A DNA stretch of 63,373 nucleotides, the filler included, from Octopus bimaculoides (lineage: Eukaryota), in the NCBI RefSeq assembly GCF_001194135.2. It is 7 parts of 5 records of this genome, joined end to end, with 100 filler letters (N's around TTAATTAATTAA, not from the genome) between each part and the next. Parts side by side here need not be neighbours in the genome. Positions count along the whole stretch, not along the records: positions 2,693 to 19,199 come from NC_068983.1; positions 19,300 to 37,322 come from NC_068983.1; 5 more parts are not named here. One strand, given 5' to 3'. Each line of letters starts with the position of its first letter. Position 1 is the first letter of the stretch. Positions 11,331-23,399 of the stretch are shown here, one piece after another. The notes below the pieces were generated by a model. The model ran no database searches. It was not told the DNA's origin and saw only the letters and a program-made list of their open reading frames with translations. Position numbers and translations under genes: made by a program.

Positions 11331-11479
11331 AAAGTTGTTGCACAATTTTTTAAATATATATTTAATGGTGGGAAGAAGAGAAAGCTAACTCGAATACCCA
11401 GAAAAAGTTTGGAATTGTCTCCTGTACTTTTGGATATAATACGAATATACTAATTAGTTTCGTGAATATATGTGCAGAC

Positions 11480-11781
11480 TGTGGAGGCACATGGTCTAGT
11501 GGTTAGAGCAGCGGACTCGCGGGCGAGGGATCGCGGGTTCGAATCTCCGACCGGGCGAACTGTGTGTTTATGAGCGAAATACCTAAGCTCCATGCGGCTG
11601 TGGCAGAAGGTAAATTGCGAACCTCTGCTGAGTCTTTCGCCACAACTTTCTCTTAATCGTTCCACCCGCATCAAGCAACTCATCTGCGACGGACCGGCGT
11701 CCTGTCCAGGTAGGGAACCTATACGCCAATGAAACCAGGAAACCGGTCCTTATGAACCAGGCATGGCTCGAGAAGGAACAA
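11480..11781 (+). mobile_element. tRNA-derived SINE family C, full length, V-SINE-like central domain, (CA)n tail
   Basis: A box TGGTCTAGTGG (11492), B box GGTTCGAATC (11536); 'ctgcgacggaccggcgtcctgtccagg' resembles the V-SINE domain. Confidence 0.8.
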
Positions 11782-12573
11782 CACACACACACACACACAC
11801 ACACATTGCCTTTTATTTGTGTTTGTGTATCTATGTGTGCGCGCGAGTGTGTATTGGTTTGTGTGTCACTGTTAAAGTTGTGTTTGGAACCTGTGAATAA
11901 GGTGTACTTGTCGGTAACTTTTTGTTCTTTTTTTTCTCCTCGTCTTCTAATAGTAATTACCCAACTTTCTAGGCTCTTCTCACAGCTATCCCACGTTCAA
12001 AAATTTTACGTGTATTTTTTAAAATTTTCATTCAATAAATAAAATGTATATGTAATGTAAAAATTACATATACATTAATAGCGAATTAAAACTTAAAAGA
12101 AAAAGTGAGAGACTTTGCAAATGGAAATGGAATACTCAGCAGTGAATGCAATGAATATTTAAATTTCTGATGAATTGGATGCAGTGAATATTTAAATTTG
12201 CGAGACATTGGAGTTAAAAAAATTCAATAAACTTCATAAATTGAAATTACAGGAAATTTCTTGAACATGAATTTATAAAGATATTTCTAGTCGGTCAACC
12301 CTTTTATAATTGCTTTTTTAAAAGTACTTTTGGTAATTGTTACATACCTAATTGATAAGCAGCTTTCTTCATTATAGTATAGATTATATATATAATCTTA
12401 GCTGATTGAAGTTATGCAACTCACTTTATTTCACGTGATACTCCAGCATGTTTAGATTTCGCTAGCAGATTATCCGGTCTTCAAATACATAAATACATAC
12501 ATACATGAGCGTATATATACATACATACATACATACATACATACATGCGTCTACGCGCACGCAGAGATACATA

Positions 12574-12630
<57 letters not shown>

Positions 12631-12633
<3 letters not shown>

Positions 12634-12872
12634 GGAGTGAAGGTTGGATTAAGCCGAACTGATTCATACCCTACGCACAGCCCAACTATAATTCTGCACA
12701 AGACGTTTCTTTGTTTAACTGGCAAGACATTAAGACATAATACATACTGAATACGAATTAGAATTCACACAGACATAATAGATTTGATATTCAGCTATCT
12801 TCCAATCTATTCCTCACATTAGAACCTGTGCGTACGGTATGAATCAGTTCGGCTTAATCCAACCTTCATGCC

Positions 12873-12875
<3 letters not shown>
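12631..12875. mobile_element. MITE-like fold-back with long terminal inverted repeats, flanked by (GT)n and (CA)n
   Basis: 12638-12680 and 12826-12868 are reverse complements at 42/43 positions. Confidence 0.8.
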
Positions 12876-12926
<51 letters not shown>

Positions 12927-13791
12927 NNNNNNNNNNNNNNNNNNNNNNNNNNNNNNNNNNNNNNNNNNNNNNNNNNNNNNNNNNNNNNNNNNNNNNNNNN
13001 NNNNNNNNNNNNNNNNNNNNNNNNNNNNNNNNNNNNNNNNNNNNNNNNNNNNNNNNNNNNNNNNNNNNNNNNNNNNNNNNNNNNNNNNNNNNNNNNNNNN
13101 NNNNNNNNNNNNNNNNNNNNNNNNNNNNNNNNNNNNNNNNNNNNNNNNNNNNNNNNNNNNNNNNNNNNNNNNNNNNNNNNNNNNNNNNNNNNNNNNNNNN
13201 NNNNNNNNNNNNNNNNNNNNNNNNNNNNNNNNNNNNNNNNNNNNNNNNNNNNNNNNNNNNNNNNNNNNNNNNNNNNNNNNNNNNNNNNNNNNNNNNNNNN
13301 NNNNNNNNNNNNNNNNNNNNNNNNNNNNNNNNNNNNNNNNNNNNNNNNNNNNNNNNNNNNNNNNNNNNNNNNNNNNNNNNNNNNNNNNNNNNNNNNNNNN
13401 NNNNNNNNNNNNNNNNNNNNNNNNNNNNNNNNNNNNNNNNNNNNNNNNNNNNNNNNNNNNNNNNNNNNNNNNNNNNNNNNNNNNNNNNNNNNNNNNNNNN
13501 NNNNNNNNNNNNNNNNNNNNNNNNNNNNNNNNNNNNNNNNNNNNNNNNNNNNNNNNNNNNNNNNNNNNNNNNNNNNNNNNNNNNNNNNNNNNNNNNNNNN
13601 NNNNNNNNNNNNNNNNNNNNNNNNNNNNNNNNNNNNNNNNNNNNNNNNNNNNNNNNNNNNNNNNNNNNNNNNNNNNNNNNNNNNNNNNNNNNNNNNNNNN
13701 NNNNNNNNNNNNNNNNNNNNNNNNNNNNNNNNNNNNNNNNNNNNNNNNNNNNNNNNNNNNNNNNNNNNNNNNNNNNNNNNNNNNNNNNNNN

Positions 13792-13895
13792 TATTAGGCT
13801 TACAAAGAATAAGTCCTGGGGTCGATTTGCTCGACTAAAAGCGGTGCTCCAGTATGGCCGCAGTCAAATGACTGAAACTAGTAAAACAGTAAAAG
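13792..13895 (+). mobile_element. SINE family B tail fragment
   Basis: Matches the family tail. Confidence 0.8.
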
Positions 13896-14391
13896 AGTAA
13901 AAAAAAAAAGAATTAAAAAATAATGTCCAATTATCTGTATCATCCACAGTTTCTCTGTTCCACGATATCCCTCTCAGTTCCTGTTAGGGCTAAATTTCAG
14001 TGAAGCTGTTGAAATGTCAAGCTAACGGTTTAAGAAACACTCCTAATTTAAATGTTTATGAATAGAATTAACCTAGTGAAATCATAGATCCAGCTATCTG
14101 AGTCAATGAGTCCATGAAGCTTGGCAACACTGAGTCGATGAATCACAGATGCTTTATCGGTACTGTGTTTTAAGTGTAAGTGTGCGGTTGTGTACTAAGT
14201 TCACATATTCCATTCACTTTCATAATGTTAAGAAATTGTATAAAAATAGGAGACAAGTTTTGCTATATTTGCAGTGATTTAACAATCAAGTCACAAAGCA
14301 CGCAGGTGAAAAGAATCTCGTGATGTGAAGAATCAACACAGAACAACGTGCGGTACAGACACAGGTGAAGTGAAACACAACACAGCGTGAA

Positions 14392-14437
14392 GTTGTCATG
14401 GTAACAAGCTGCAAATGCTACGCTGTCTGTTGATTGG
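14392..14437. promoter_or_regulatory. Candidate RFX X-box plus inverted CCAAT box
   Basis: GTTGTCATGGTAAC (14392-14405) is close to the X-box palindrome GTTNCCATGGNAAC; ATTGG at 14433-14437; two CAGGTG E-boxes upstream. Confidence 0.4.
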
Positions 14438-15049
14438 CTAAAATTACCCAAATTTCCCACCTTTAATTCCAGATAACATCAGATTCTTTGATTTACGAGT
14501 TGAAGTAATTGGTTGGTCGCAATCAAAATTCAGAGCTGAATCGATACACCAAAACTGAAAGCAATCTGAGCAAAATTAAGGCGGGGGGGGGGGACTCATT
14601 TTGCGAATGAAACTAACTAGATCCACTTCCTCTATGGCTATCTAAAATCTAAAACCAACTTTTTGATTTCGGGTTTAGTCCCATTATGTGGTACCTTGGG
14701 TACCTTGGGCAAGCGTCTTTTACTATAACCCGCTGGCCANNNNNNNNNNGTGGGGTGTCCATATAAGATTTTGTTAAAATTTCTCTGCAATAAATTGGTT
14801 ATACTTCTACAATATACAAATTATTTTACTAATTAGTTTTATACGAGTGGCTATGTGGTAAGTAGTTTGCTTACCAACTTAGTTCAGTACGCACATAAGG
14901 CAGATGTTTACAGCTGACCTGGCGTGCAAATCCGCAAATATACACAAATATACACAAATATACACACGCTCACACATATGAACACACAGAGTAGTAATAG
15001 TAGTAATAATAGTAGCAGCAGCAGCAGCAGTAGTTAATAGAAAACAAAA

Positions 15050-15170
15050 GACGAAGACAGGTGTATGAACAACAAGCAAGAGTGTTAGTTTGACGCTCGG
15101 GGAAACTGAAAAAGTCTTTAATGTTTCGAGCCTACGCTCTTCAACAGAAAGGAATAAGAGAAAATAAACA
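15050..15170 (-). mobile_element. PLE-type terminal fragment (second family) carrying a minimal hammerhead motif
   Basis: Minus strand reads ctttCTGTTGAaGAGCgtagGCTCGAAACattaaag, followed by an AT-rich UTR-like stretch. PLE assignment is by analogy with the other family. Confidence 0.5.
15116..15151 (-). ncRNA. Minimal type-I hammerhead ribozyme-like motif (non-canonical core)
   Basis: Stem I CUUU/AAAG, core CUGUUGA plus extra A, stem II GAGC/GCUC, GAAAC, triplet AUU. Confidence 0.45.
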
Positions 15171-15225
15171 GAAAGAGAGAGAGAGCGAAAAAAAAAACAC
15201 TGTATATTTCTGCGGTCTGTTACAA

Positions 15226-15424
15226 ATTTTGGCACAAGGCCAGCATTTTCGTGGGAGGGGGTTAAGTCGATTATATTGACCCGCAGTACTCAACTGGTAT
15301 CTATCTTTATCAACCCCAAATGGATTAAAAGCGAAGTCGACCTTGGCGGAATTTGAACTCAGAACATAAAGACGGACGCAATGTCGCTAGGCATCTTACC
15401 TGGCGTGCTAAGGATTCCGCCTTA
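15226..15424 (-). mobile_element. SINE family A
   Basis: Reverse complement of family A; (AAT)n abuts the head. Confidence 0.85.
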
Positions 15425-15489
15425 ATAATAATAATAATAATAATGATAATAATAATAATAATAATAATAATAATCATAATAATAACAAT

Positions 15490-16045
15490 AATAAATGCCC
15501 GGATGCAGTACCAGGCAGTGGCTCTCATGGCTTCTGATCTTTATTGATTGGAAGTGTTATCATGTACATTTGTTTGTCTTGGTATAAAAGATGGGCTACA
15601 GCAAATATTCTGCTTAATACCACAGATTTGCTTGTCAGTCGTTTGACCTTAACCAATTGAGCATGTCCTTTGGTGGCTGACGATATGTGCATCTCTGATC
15701 ATGAGCAGAAGTAGTGGGGGAGCATCATAGCCATGTGTTGAGAGGAATTCTTTGGGGTTTGAATAATTCACCTTTGGAAACATGGGTGTTTTGCTCAACA
15801 TCCTTAAACAAACCTTATTCAGGGACCTTTTGAACGGGATGAGCTACTCGACCAGAAGAAAATTCTAACTGCGAGGTCATGCGTTGTTTATTTTGATATG
15901 ACATCACCATGTCGTGCACATGTGGTTGTGATGCATGTGCCTGGTGTACCCTTATCAGACGGATAGTCATGATGGGTATAATAGGCTTCGTATATTTTAC
16001 CCCAGAGTCACTTTGATGGCATGCACTGCTCTCTCACTCAATAAC

Positions 16046-16101
<56 letters not shown>
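15490..16101 (+). mobile_element. Unclassified interspersed repeat(s) ending in an (AAT)n tail, probably a retroelement 3'UTR
   Basis: Non-coding mixed-composition block ending '...gcatgcactgctctctcactc' then (AAT)n; no ORF recognised. Confidence 0.4.
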
Positions 16102-16104
<3 letters not shown>

Positions 16105-16319
16105 TGATGATGATGATGGTTTCTTTATTTATCACAGAGACATCAGAGAGGTGGACATTGCAAGAACAGTTTAGTATTTTGTTTTAATTGCATTAAAAAA
16201 AAAACAAAAAAAACAAAACAAAAAGAAAGTTAAATTTTTTACGAGGCATATGGGTACCCGCTTATTACTAAGTTTCTTAGTAACTTCCTGTAAAATCTTT
16301 TGTCTTATATAAATCCTTT

Positions 16320-16515
16320 ATTTGTTTCAGTCATTGGATTGCGGCCATACTGGGGCATCACCTTGAAGAATTTTCGGTGGCACGAATCGATCCTAATACT
16401 TATTTTTTTTGTTAAGGCTTGGTAGTTACTCTATCGACCGATTTTGCCGAACAACTAACTCTCAAGGACGTAAACAAACCAACATCGCTTGTCAAACGGC
16501 GATGACACACACAGA
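16320..16515 (-). mobile_element. SINE family B 3' half
   Basis: Matches the family tail. Confidence 0.8.
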
Positions 16516-17545
16516 CACACATTTATCTCTCTACTTATCTATACATACGTACATGCATATATATGTACCCCCCCCCCNNNNNNNNNNNNNNNNNNNNNNN
16601 NNNNNNNNNNNNNNNNNNNNNNNNNNNNNNNNNNNNNNNNNNNNNNNNNNNNNNNNNNNNNNNNNNNNNNNNNNNNNNNNNNNNNNNNNNNNNNNNNNNN
16701 NNNNNNNNNNNNNNNNNNNNNNNNNNNNNNNNNNNNNNNNNNNNNNNNNNNNNNNNNNNNNNNNNNNNNNNNNNNNNNNNNNNNNNNNNNNNNNNNNNNN
16801 NNNNNNNNNNNNNNNNNNNNNNNNNNNNNNNNNNNNNNNNNNNNNNNNNNNNNNNNNNNNNNNNNNNNNNNNNNNNNNNNNNNNNNNNNNNNNNNNNNNN
16901 NNNNNNNNNNNNNNNNNNNNNNNNNNNNNNNNNNNNNNNNNNNNNNNNNNNNNNNNNNNNNNNNNNNNNNNNNNNNNNNNNNNNNNNNNNNNNNNNNNNN
17001 NNNNNNNNNNNNNNNNNNNNNNNNNNNNNNNNNNNNNNNNNNNNNNNNNNNNNNNNNNNNNNNNNNNNNNNNNNNNNNNNNNNNNNNNNNNNNNNNNNNN
17101 NNNNNNNNNNNNNNNNNNNNNNNNNNNNNNNNNNNNNNNNNNNNNNNNNNNNNNNNNNNNNNNNNNNNNNNNNNNNNNNNNNNNNNNNNNNNNNNNNNNN
17201 NNNNNNNNNNNNNNNNNNNNNNNNNNNNNNNNNNNNNNNNNNNNNNNNNNNNNNNNNNNNNNNNNNNNNNNNNNNNNNNNNNNNNNNNNNNNNNNNNNNN
17301 NNNNNNNNNNNNNNNNNNNNNNNNNNNNNNNNNNNNNNNNNNNNNNNNNNNNNNNNNNNNNNNNNNNNNNNNNNNNNNNNNNNNNNNNNNNNATATATAT
17401 ATAATGTTGACTTCAAATTTCGGTTGGGATCGATTTAGCCTCTTACCCTTTCGGGGTCGATAAAATAGTACCAATCAAATATTCGGGTCAATGTATCTCG
17501 AGTCTTGTGTCACTTTGTAACTTCTGCCAGTTAAATAATATTTAT

Positions 17546-17581
<36 letters not shown>

Positions 17582-18082
17582 TAGTTGTGGTCTTCATTAG
17601 AGTCTAGGTTCATTAGCATGTAGAACGGCAGAACTGGCCAGGTACCATAACAACGCTATAACGTTATTTGTTGAACATGTCATCGTTAACGTTTTACCTC
17701 ACCTGTTTATACCTGTTTAAAATTCTACCCGTAGATAGTGGGATTTTGCTATGATATAATCCATGAATACATTAATAAAGTTCTACCCAAACAGCTGTCG
17801 TAAATTTAAAACCCCATGTTCTTCTTTTATACATATGTTGAAATTGCAACCCCCACCGGTTGGATCTGCAGTTTGTATTCAATCATGTACCTCGGGCATC
17901 TATATATGTAAATATGCATTTGTCTATGTGTAATTATATACGGATAGACGTTAAGATGTATATGTACATACTTGCAGTACACAGCCAACAAACGACAACT
18001 TAATATTGAAAGACAGGTATTCGGTCTTTTCTGGCCTCCTACACGTTGAAATACATTGATTCTACCTCTCTCTCTCTCTCTA

Positions 18083-18127
<45 letters not shown>

Positions 18128-18129
18128 AT

Positions 18130-18180
<51 letters not shown>

Positions 18181-18498
18181 GCTGTGTGTCTGCGAAGGGA
18201 TGCTGAAAAACTTCATGGCCTTAAGGGTATCGCAGAGACGTTTGGTTGGAGGCCCAACTTTCCGAGTTCTTTTACATGGTTTAGAAAAACCGAAGGACCG
18301 CTGCGATAAGTGTGCGAATCTGAGAAGGGAATATGTAGCATAGAATCATAATTAACTGATCCTTTCTGTTATTTCTTTCACTCAAACCCAGGAACTTTTC
18401 AGCGCCACCTCCTATACATACATACATACATACATACATGCAGTTATATAAATATATATATATGTGTGTGTGTGCAAATAAATGAATCTGTACACTAC

Positions 18499-18582
18499 CT
18501 GTGCTGATGAGAATGTGAAAAATCCGAAGAGAAAAAGCAGCAGAACGCTGATAATAATAATGTTCTTCCCAGTGTACACCAT
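18499..18582 (-). CDS. Candidate first coding exon of a secreted or membrane protein (signal peptide)
   Basis: caacATGG context; MVYTGKNIIIISVLLLFLFGFFTFSSAQ (basic N-region, hydrophobic core, S-S-A cleavage site); phase-0 donor CAG|gtagtg. Confidence 0.45.
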
Positions 18583-19002
18583 GTTGATGTATCATGTACG
18601 TATAGGGTAAACCCACCAACTGCTGAGAACTAACTAACTTTTATCATCTATAAGCTAACTCACAAACACCACCGCAAGCAACAAAACAGCAGCAACAGCA
18701 GCAGCAGTAACAACAAACAAGTGCAGCACACTAACGAATGGTAAGAGCGAAAGTGAGATAGAAAAAAAAGAACGACATTTAATGAAAGTAGGAACAACAG
18801 ACGGCTATGACAACGATGCAAGAATAACAAAGAGGGGAGCGGTAAGAGTTATAGCAGGAGGTGGAGGAGGAGGAGGAGGAGGAAAAGGTGTAGTAATTTG
18901 GGGAGGGTGTGTGGTGGTGGTGGGTATCGGGGTATTGGCAGGGTTGGCGAGAGAGTGATTTTGGTATCGAAACTGGGTGTGGTGTTGTTGGAAGCGGTAG
19001 TT

Positions 19003-19043
<41 letters not shown>

Positions 19044-19199
19044 GGTAGTAGCATCAGCAACAACAACAGATGCGTGATGATGATGATGATGATGATGTTG
19101 ATTATTTATTTGGCAGTGAGTGACAGAAGCAGCTATTAATTTCAAAGTTCTATCTTAAAACAGACCGCACAAAAGTAAGCGCCCTACCACACACACGCA

Positions 19200-19299
19200 N
19201 NNNNNNNNNNNNNNNNNNNNNNNNNNNNNNNNNNNNNNNNNNNTTAATTAATTAANNNNNNNNNNNNNNNNNNNNNNNNNNNNNNNNNNNNNNNNNNNN
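19200..19299. other. Assembly join with TTAATTAATTAA linker
   Basis: Same 100-bp architecture as 2593-2692. Confidence 0.9.
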
Positions 19300-19684
19300 C
19301 ATGATCAACTTTGTCAAAGGCTTTTGCAAAGTCGAGATATATCACATCAACATTTGAATGGTCAAGTAGCTGCTTCAGGACCCAGTCATAATGCTGCAAG
19401 AGCTGCGTGAGGCAGCTTCTACCTGGACGGAAACCATGCTGGGTCTCATTCAGCAAGTCATTTTCTTCTAGGAACGCAATCAATCTCCTTCTGACAATTC
19501 GTTCCATGACTTTGCTAATATGTGAAGTCAGAGAGATGGGCCTGTAGTTCCCAGCCTCTGCTCTGCTTCCACCTTTATGGATAGGACATATGGTGCCTTC
19601 CTTCAGCTTTTTGGGAAGTTTACCATTTGCAAGGAAACTCTGGAAGAGTATCCGGAGTGGTCCTGCTAGTTCTTGTTTACACGG
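19300..19684 (-). mobile_element. CR1-like LINE reverse transcriptase fragment (open frame, cut by the join)
   Basis: NYRPISLTSHISKVMERIV...QHGFRPGRSCLTQLL...VDVIYLDFAKAFDKVDH. Confidence 0.9.
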
Positions 19685-19772
19685 CATATGCAATGAGTAT
19701 TAATATAAATATACATATGTCTACATATGGCTACATAACACTCAATATATCATAGATTCTCGTATATATATA

Positions 19773-19817
<45 letters not shown>

Positions 19818-19924
19818 GTATGTATATATATGTATGTATGTATGTGCGTGTGTGTGTGTGCGTGTGTGTGTGTGTGTGTGTGTGAGTGTGTATGTTCATA
19901 TACCTATACATATATTCTTTTATT

Positions 19925-20129
19925 CCTTTATTTTGTTTCAGTCATTTGACTGCGGCCATGCTGGAGCATCGCCTTTAGGCGAACAAATCGACCCTAGGAC
20001 TTATTCTTTGTAAGCCTAGTACTTATCCTATCGGTCGTTTTTGCTGAACCGCTCAGTTACGCGGACATAAACACACCAACATTAGTTGTCAAGCGATGGT
20101 GGGGAGAAAAACACATAAACATACACACA

Positions 20130-20167
<38 letters not shown>

Positions 20168-20168
20168 A

Positions 20169-20233
<65 letters not shown>

Positions 20234-20380
20234 ACCGGCTTCTTTCAGTTTCCGTCTACCAAATCCACTCACAGGGCTTTGGTCGGCCCGAGGTTATAGT
20301 AGAAGACACTTGCCCAAGGTGCCACGCAGTGGGACTGAACCCAGAGCCATGTGGTTGGTAAGCAAGCTATTTACCACACA
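19925..20380 (-). mobile_element. SINE family B, full length, with an internal (TA)/(CA) microsatellite
   Basis: Head at 20230-20380, microsatellite, tail at 19925-20110. Confidence 0.85.
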
Positions 20381-21729
20381 CCCATACCATCCATCTATAT
20401 ATATGTGTGTGTGTGCGTGCGTCTATGTATGTATGTACGTATGTATATATGTATGTATGTATGTATGTATGAATGTATGCATGTATGTATTGCAGTAGTG
20501 GGATAATTTTCTGTAACTCTTCAGTGTTTCGCGTTGATTACTGATTTCGCAACTGCTGAAAAACAGAATTAATGAATGGTATACATGGTATAAAACTGCA
20601 TAAAATATATATGAAAAGTCAGTTAGTGACCATGCATAAATTATAAGCAAGTGAGTAAAAAGGAAAACATATATTGTGTGTGTGTGTTTGTGTGTGCTTG
20701 CGCGCATGTTTGTGTTCGTTAATAACACCTGGAAGAAGTTGCTTCTTTGCCACACACCAAAGTGAATGGAGCTTTGGTTAGGGTGAATTGATGTCATCAG
20801 AAGATATACAACAATTGTCGAGTGTTTCGATCCTGAACCGTAGCGTTCTTCCATTGATATGTCAGAGAGCTGGTCAAATTACTGCTTCTCATCCCCTCTT
20901 GTCTTCCAGATTAACTCCTGTCGTTTGCTCCACAACCAGCAAGAGGCTCTTTCTACTGCCTCCCCCATCGTGCGCACAGCCACCCTTTGCTCCTTTCCTC
21001 TCATTCCAATGGCTGTAAGCATCCCCATGCTGACTGATCAGAGAATCCCCTACAGCCCATCTCGACTGGGAAAAGTCATTACTGCTATCTCTTCTCCCTG
21101 CAATCCTACAGAAGGTTCTCGTACTTGGCACGCTTCCATTCGTAGGCTTGATCAAACCCTCCATACCACAGGACTGTATGCTCGATCAAGATTATTTTCT
21201 TGGTCTTTTGAGACCGCAGAATCACGTCGGGCCTCGAGGTTGTATGGACGACCTACAACCTAGGGAATCTGCAGTCTCTCCCCAAATTCCACTTTCTGTT
21301 CGCTGGATTTACTTAAGGACGACTCCTTCATAATGCTGAGTGTTAAAATTCCTGAAAGTCATAGGCAGGGAAGACAACTCAACTCCGATCGAATTCAGGA
21401 GTGAGGGATACCGATATTTCACCATTTTTGTGGCTTATCAACGTTACATACATGAATCGAATCGGGGATGAATCGAATCGCCAATCTATGGCTATATATA
21501 AATAGCATGAAAATCATTTGCCGACGTGTCACGATTATGCACATGTAAGATTAAATTCAATAAAGAATTAAAAGCAGCACTAGTATTGTAAACATCATCC
21601 ATTGCTCATACACAATGTATGTGTTTTGTTTGTTCGCCGGAATTCGTTGCTTTATAGCACTCGGGGACGACTCCCTCATAACGCTAGCTGTTAAAATACC
21701 TGACAGTCAAAGGCAAATGAGACGATAAT

Positions 21730-23090
21730 ATTCTCTACCACGATACCGAAAACGCAGATAAGCTGCAGAAACAATATTGTTTAGACTTCTTTAATCCCCG
21801 AGAGGTAAGCTACTTCAATGAAATCAACAACCAGTTCATAATTCCCCAGTTAGCCATCACTGTCTCAAACAACATTCCAGCAATAAATGAAACCAAATAT
21901 TTTTTCTGCAGTAGACCGTGATAGATTTCCTGCCCTTGTCGTGAAGGAATAGACAACAACTTGCAGTTAACTGTCAGCCGGTCTCACTTATCTCTCATAT
22001 TACCAATTTATTTGAAAGGGTGGTGGGTTCAATAAAAACTGGCCACCTAAAGACTAACTAATTTCAACCAGCATGGCTTTCGTTGCGGCAGAAATTGGCT
22101 TACACAGCTTCTACATCACTTTGATAACATCCTTAAAGTTTTGGGAAGACCTCAAATACTCATCCTATATATCTCACTTTATCAAACGTCCTGCTGCTAA
22201 AATTGTCCAACACTAGAATCCACGGAAAACTGCTGCACTGGATCAAGTATTTCCTGTGAATAGAATCTCACATCTTGTGATTGATGGAATCCATACAAGC
22301 CCAGTAAAATTCACCAGTAGTGTTCCTCAATGAATTGTATTGGCCTACTTCTCTTCATAGTATATATGTACAGTAAATACGCCTATTCTCAGGTGGCTCC
22401 AAGCTTCAGAAATTTATCAGTGGAGAAGACAGAATAAAACTCCTGTGTAATCTATAAGTCAGGGAGCAGGGACAATAACATATTGCTAAACGTGGGAAAA
22501 TTTGAACTCATTCACTTCGGAAAAGAAAATGTGCTCAAACAACCATACTCTCTTCCTTCAGGAGAACCGCTTTTGACATATCAGAGATTTAGGAGTAACT
22601 GTTGACAAGAACCCTAGTTAGAGCATTAACATCAACAATAATGTTGATATGGCTCGCAAGATGGGCTCTTAGATTCTCAGATCTTTACAGTCGAGAAGTA
22701 ATCAACTCCCTTTTCTGATTGTTTTTCTAGTCACACCTTGAATATTGTTGCCCCCTATGGTCACCGCATTCTAAAAACAACTATGAGGAATAAGCCATTA
22801 TAAAATAATAATTAATGGCATGACTGATTTTAATTATTGAAAATCTATTCCCTCCAACATCACTGTGAGAAGTGTATCACTTTCAAAGTATGGGGAAAAC
22901 ACCAGCAGCACTGACCAGATGATATTAGTATTAACATCTAATCATTAAGATCTAATGCCATACGCTCCCTTCGCAATTCACGCTCACAAAAGATAACCAC
23001 ATTGCAACACAATAACTTTTCCTTGACAACCCTTGCTCTTCTTAATATTCCCCCAAAACAACAACTACCTACTTGACTGGGTTATGACAC
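21730..23090 (+). mobile_element. Old CR1-like LINE RT and C-terminal remnant
   Basis: NCQPVSLISHITNLFERVV, QHGFRCGRN.LTQLLHHFDNILK, SSVPQ*IVL, FKVWGK; many indels. Confidence 0.75.
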
Positions 23091-23194
23091 CGCAGAAGTT
23101 GACTTTAAAATCATTTAACAGTTTTCACTATTAAGTTTGATACAGCCTGAACCAATTTTGGCGGAAACATTTCTGAGTTTACGTTATATATATA

Positions 23195-23297
<103 letters not shown>

Positions 23298-23399
23298 ATG
23301 CATGTATGTATGTATATATGTATGTATGTATGTATGTATGTGTGCATGTGTGTGTGTATATGTATACATAAATGTGTAATGGTGCCTCTGTGTGTGTGT

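Noticed and set aside
11480-11555. tRNA gene
   Set aside because: A and B boxes are present but it continues into a SINE body and (CA)n tail, with no clean acceptor stem. The same applies to 46722-46795 and the other SINE heads.
20770-20835. Minus-strand GAAAC...CUGAUGA as a type II hammerhead
   Set aside because: C-C mismatch at 10.1/11.1 and no room for stem I.
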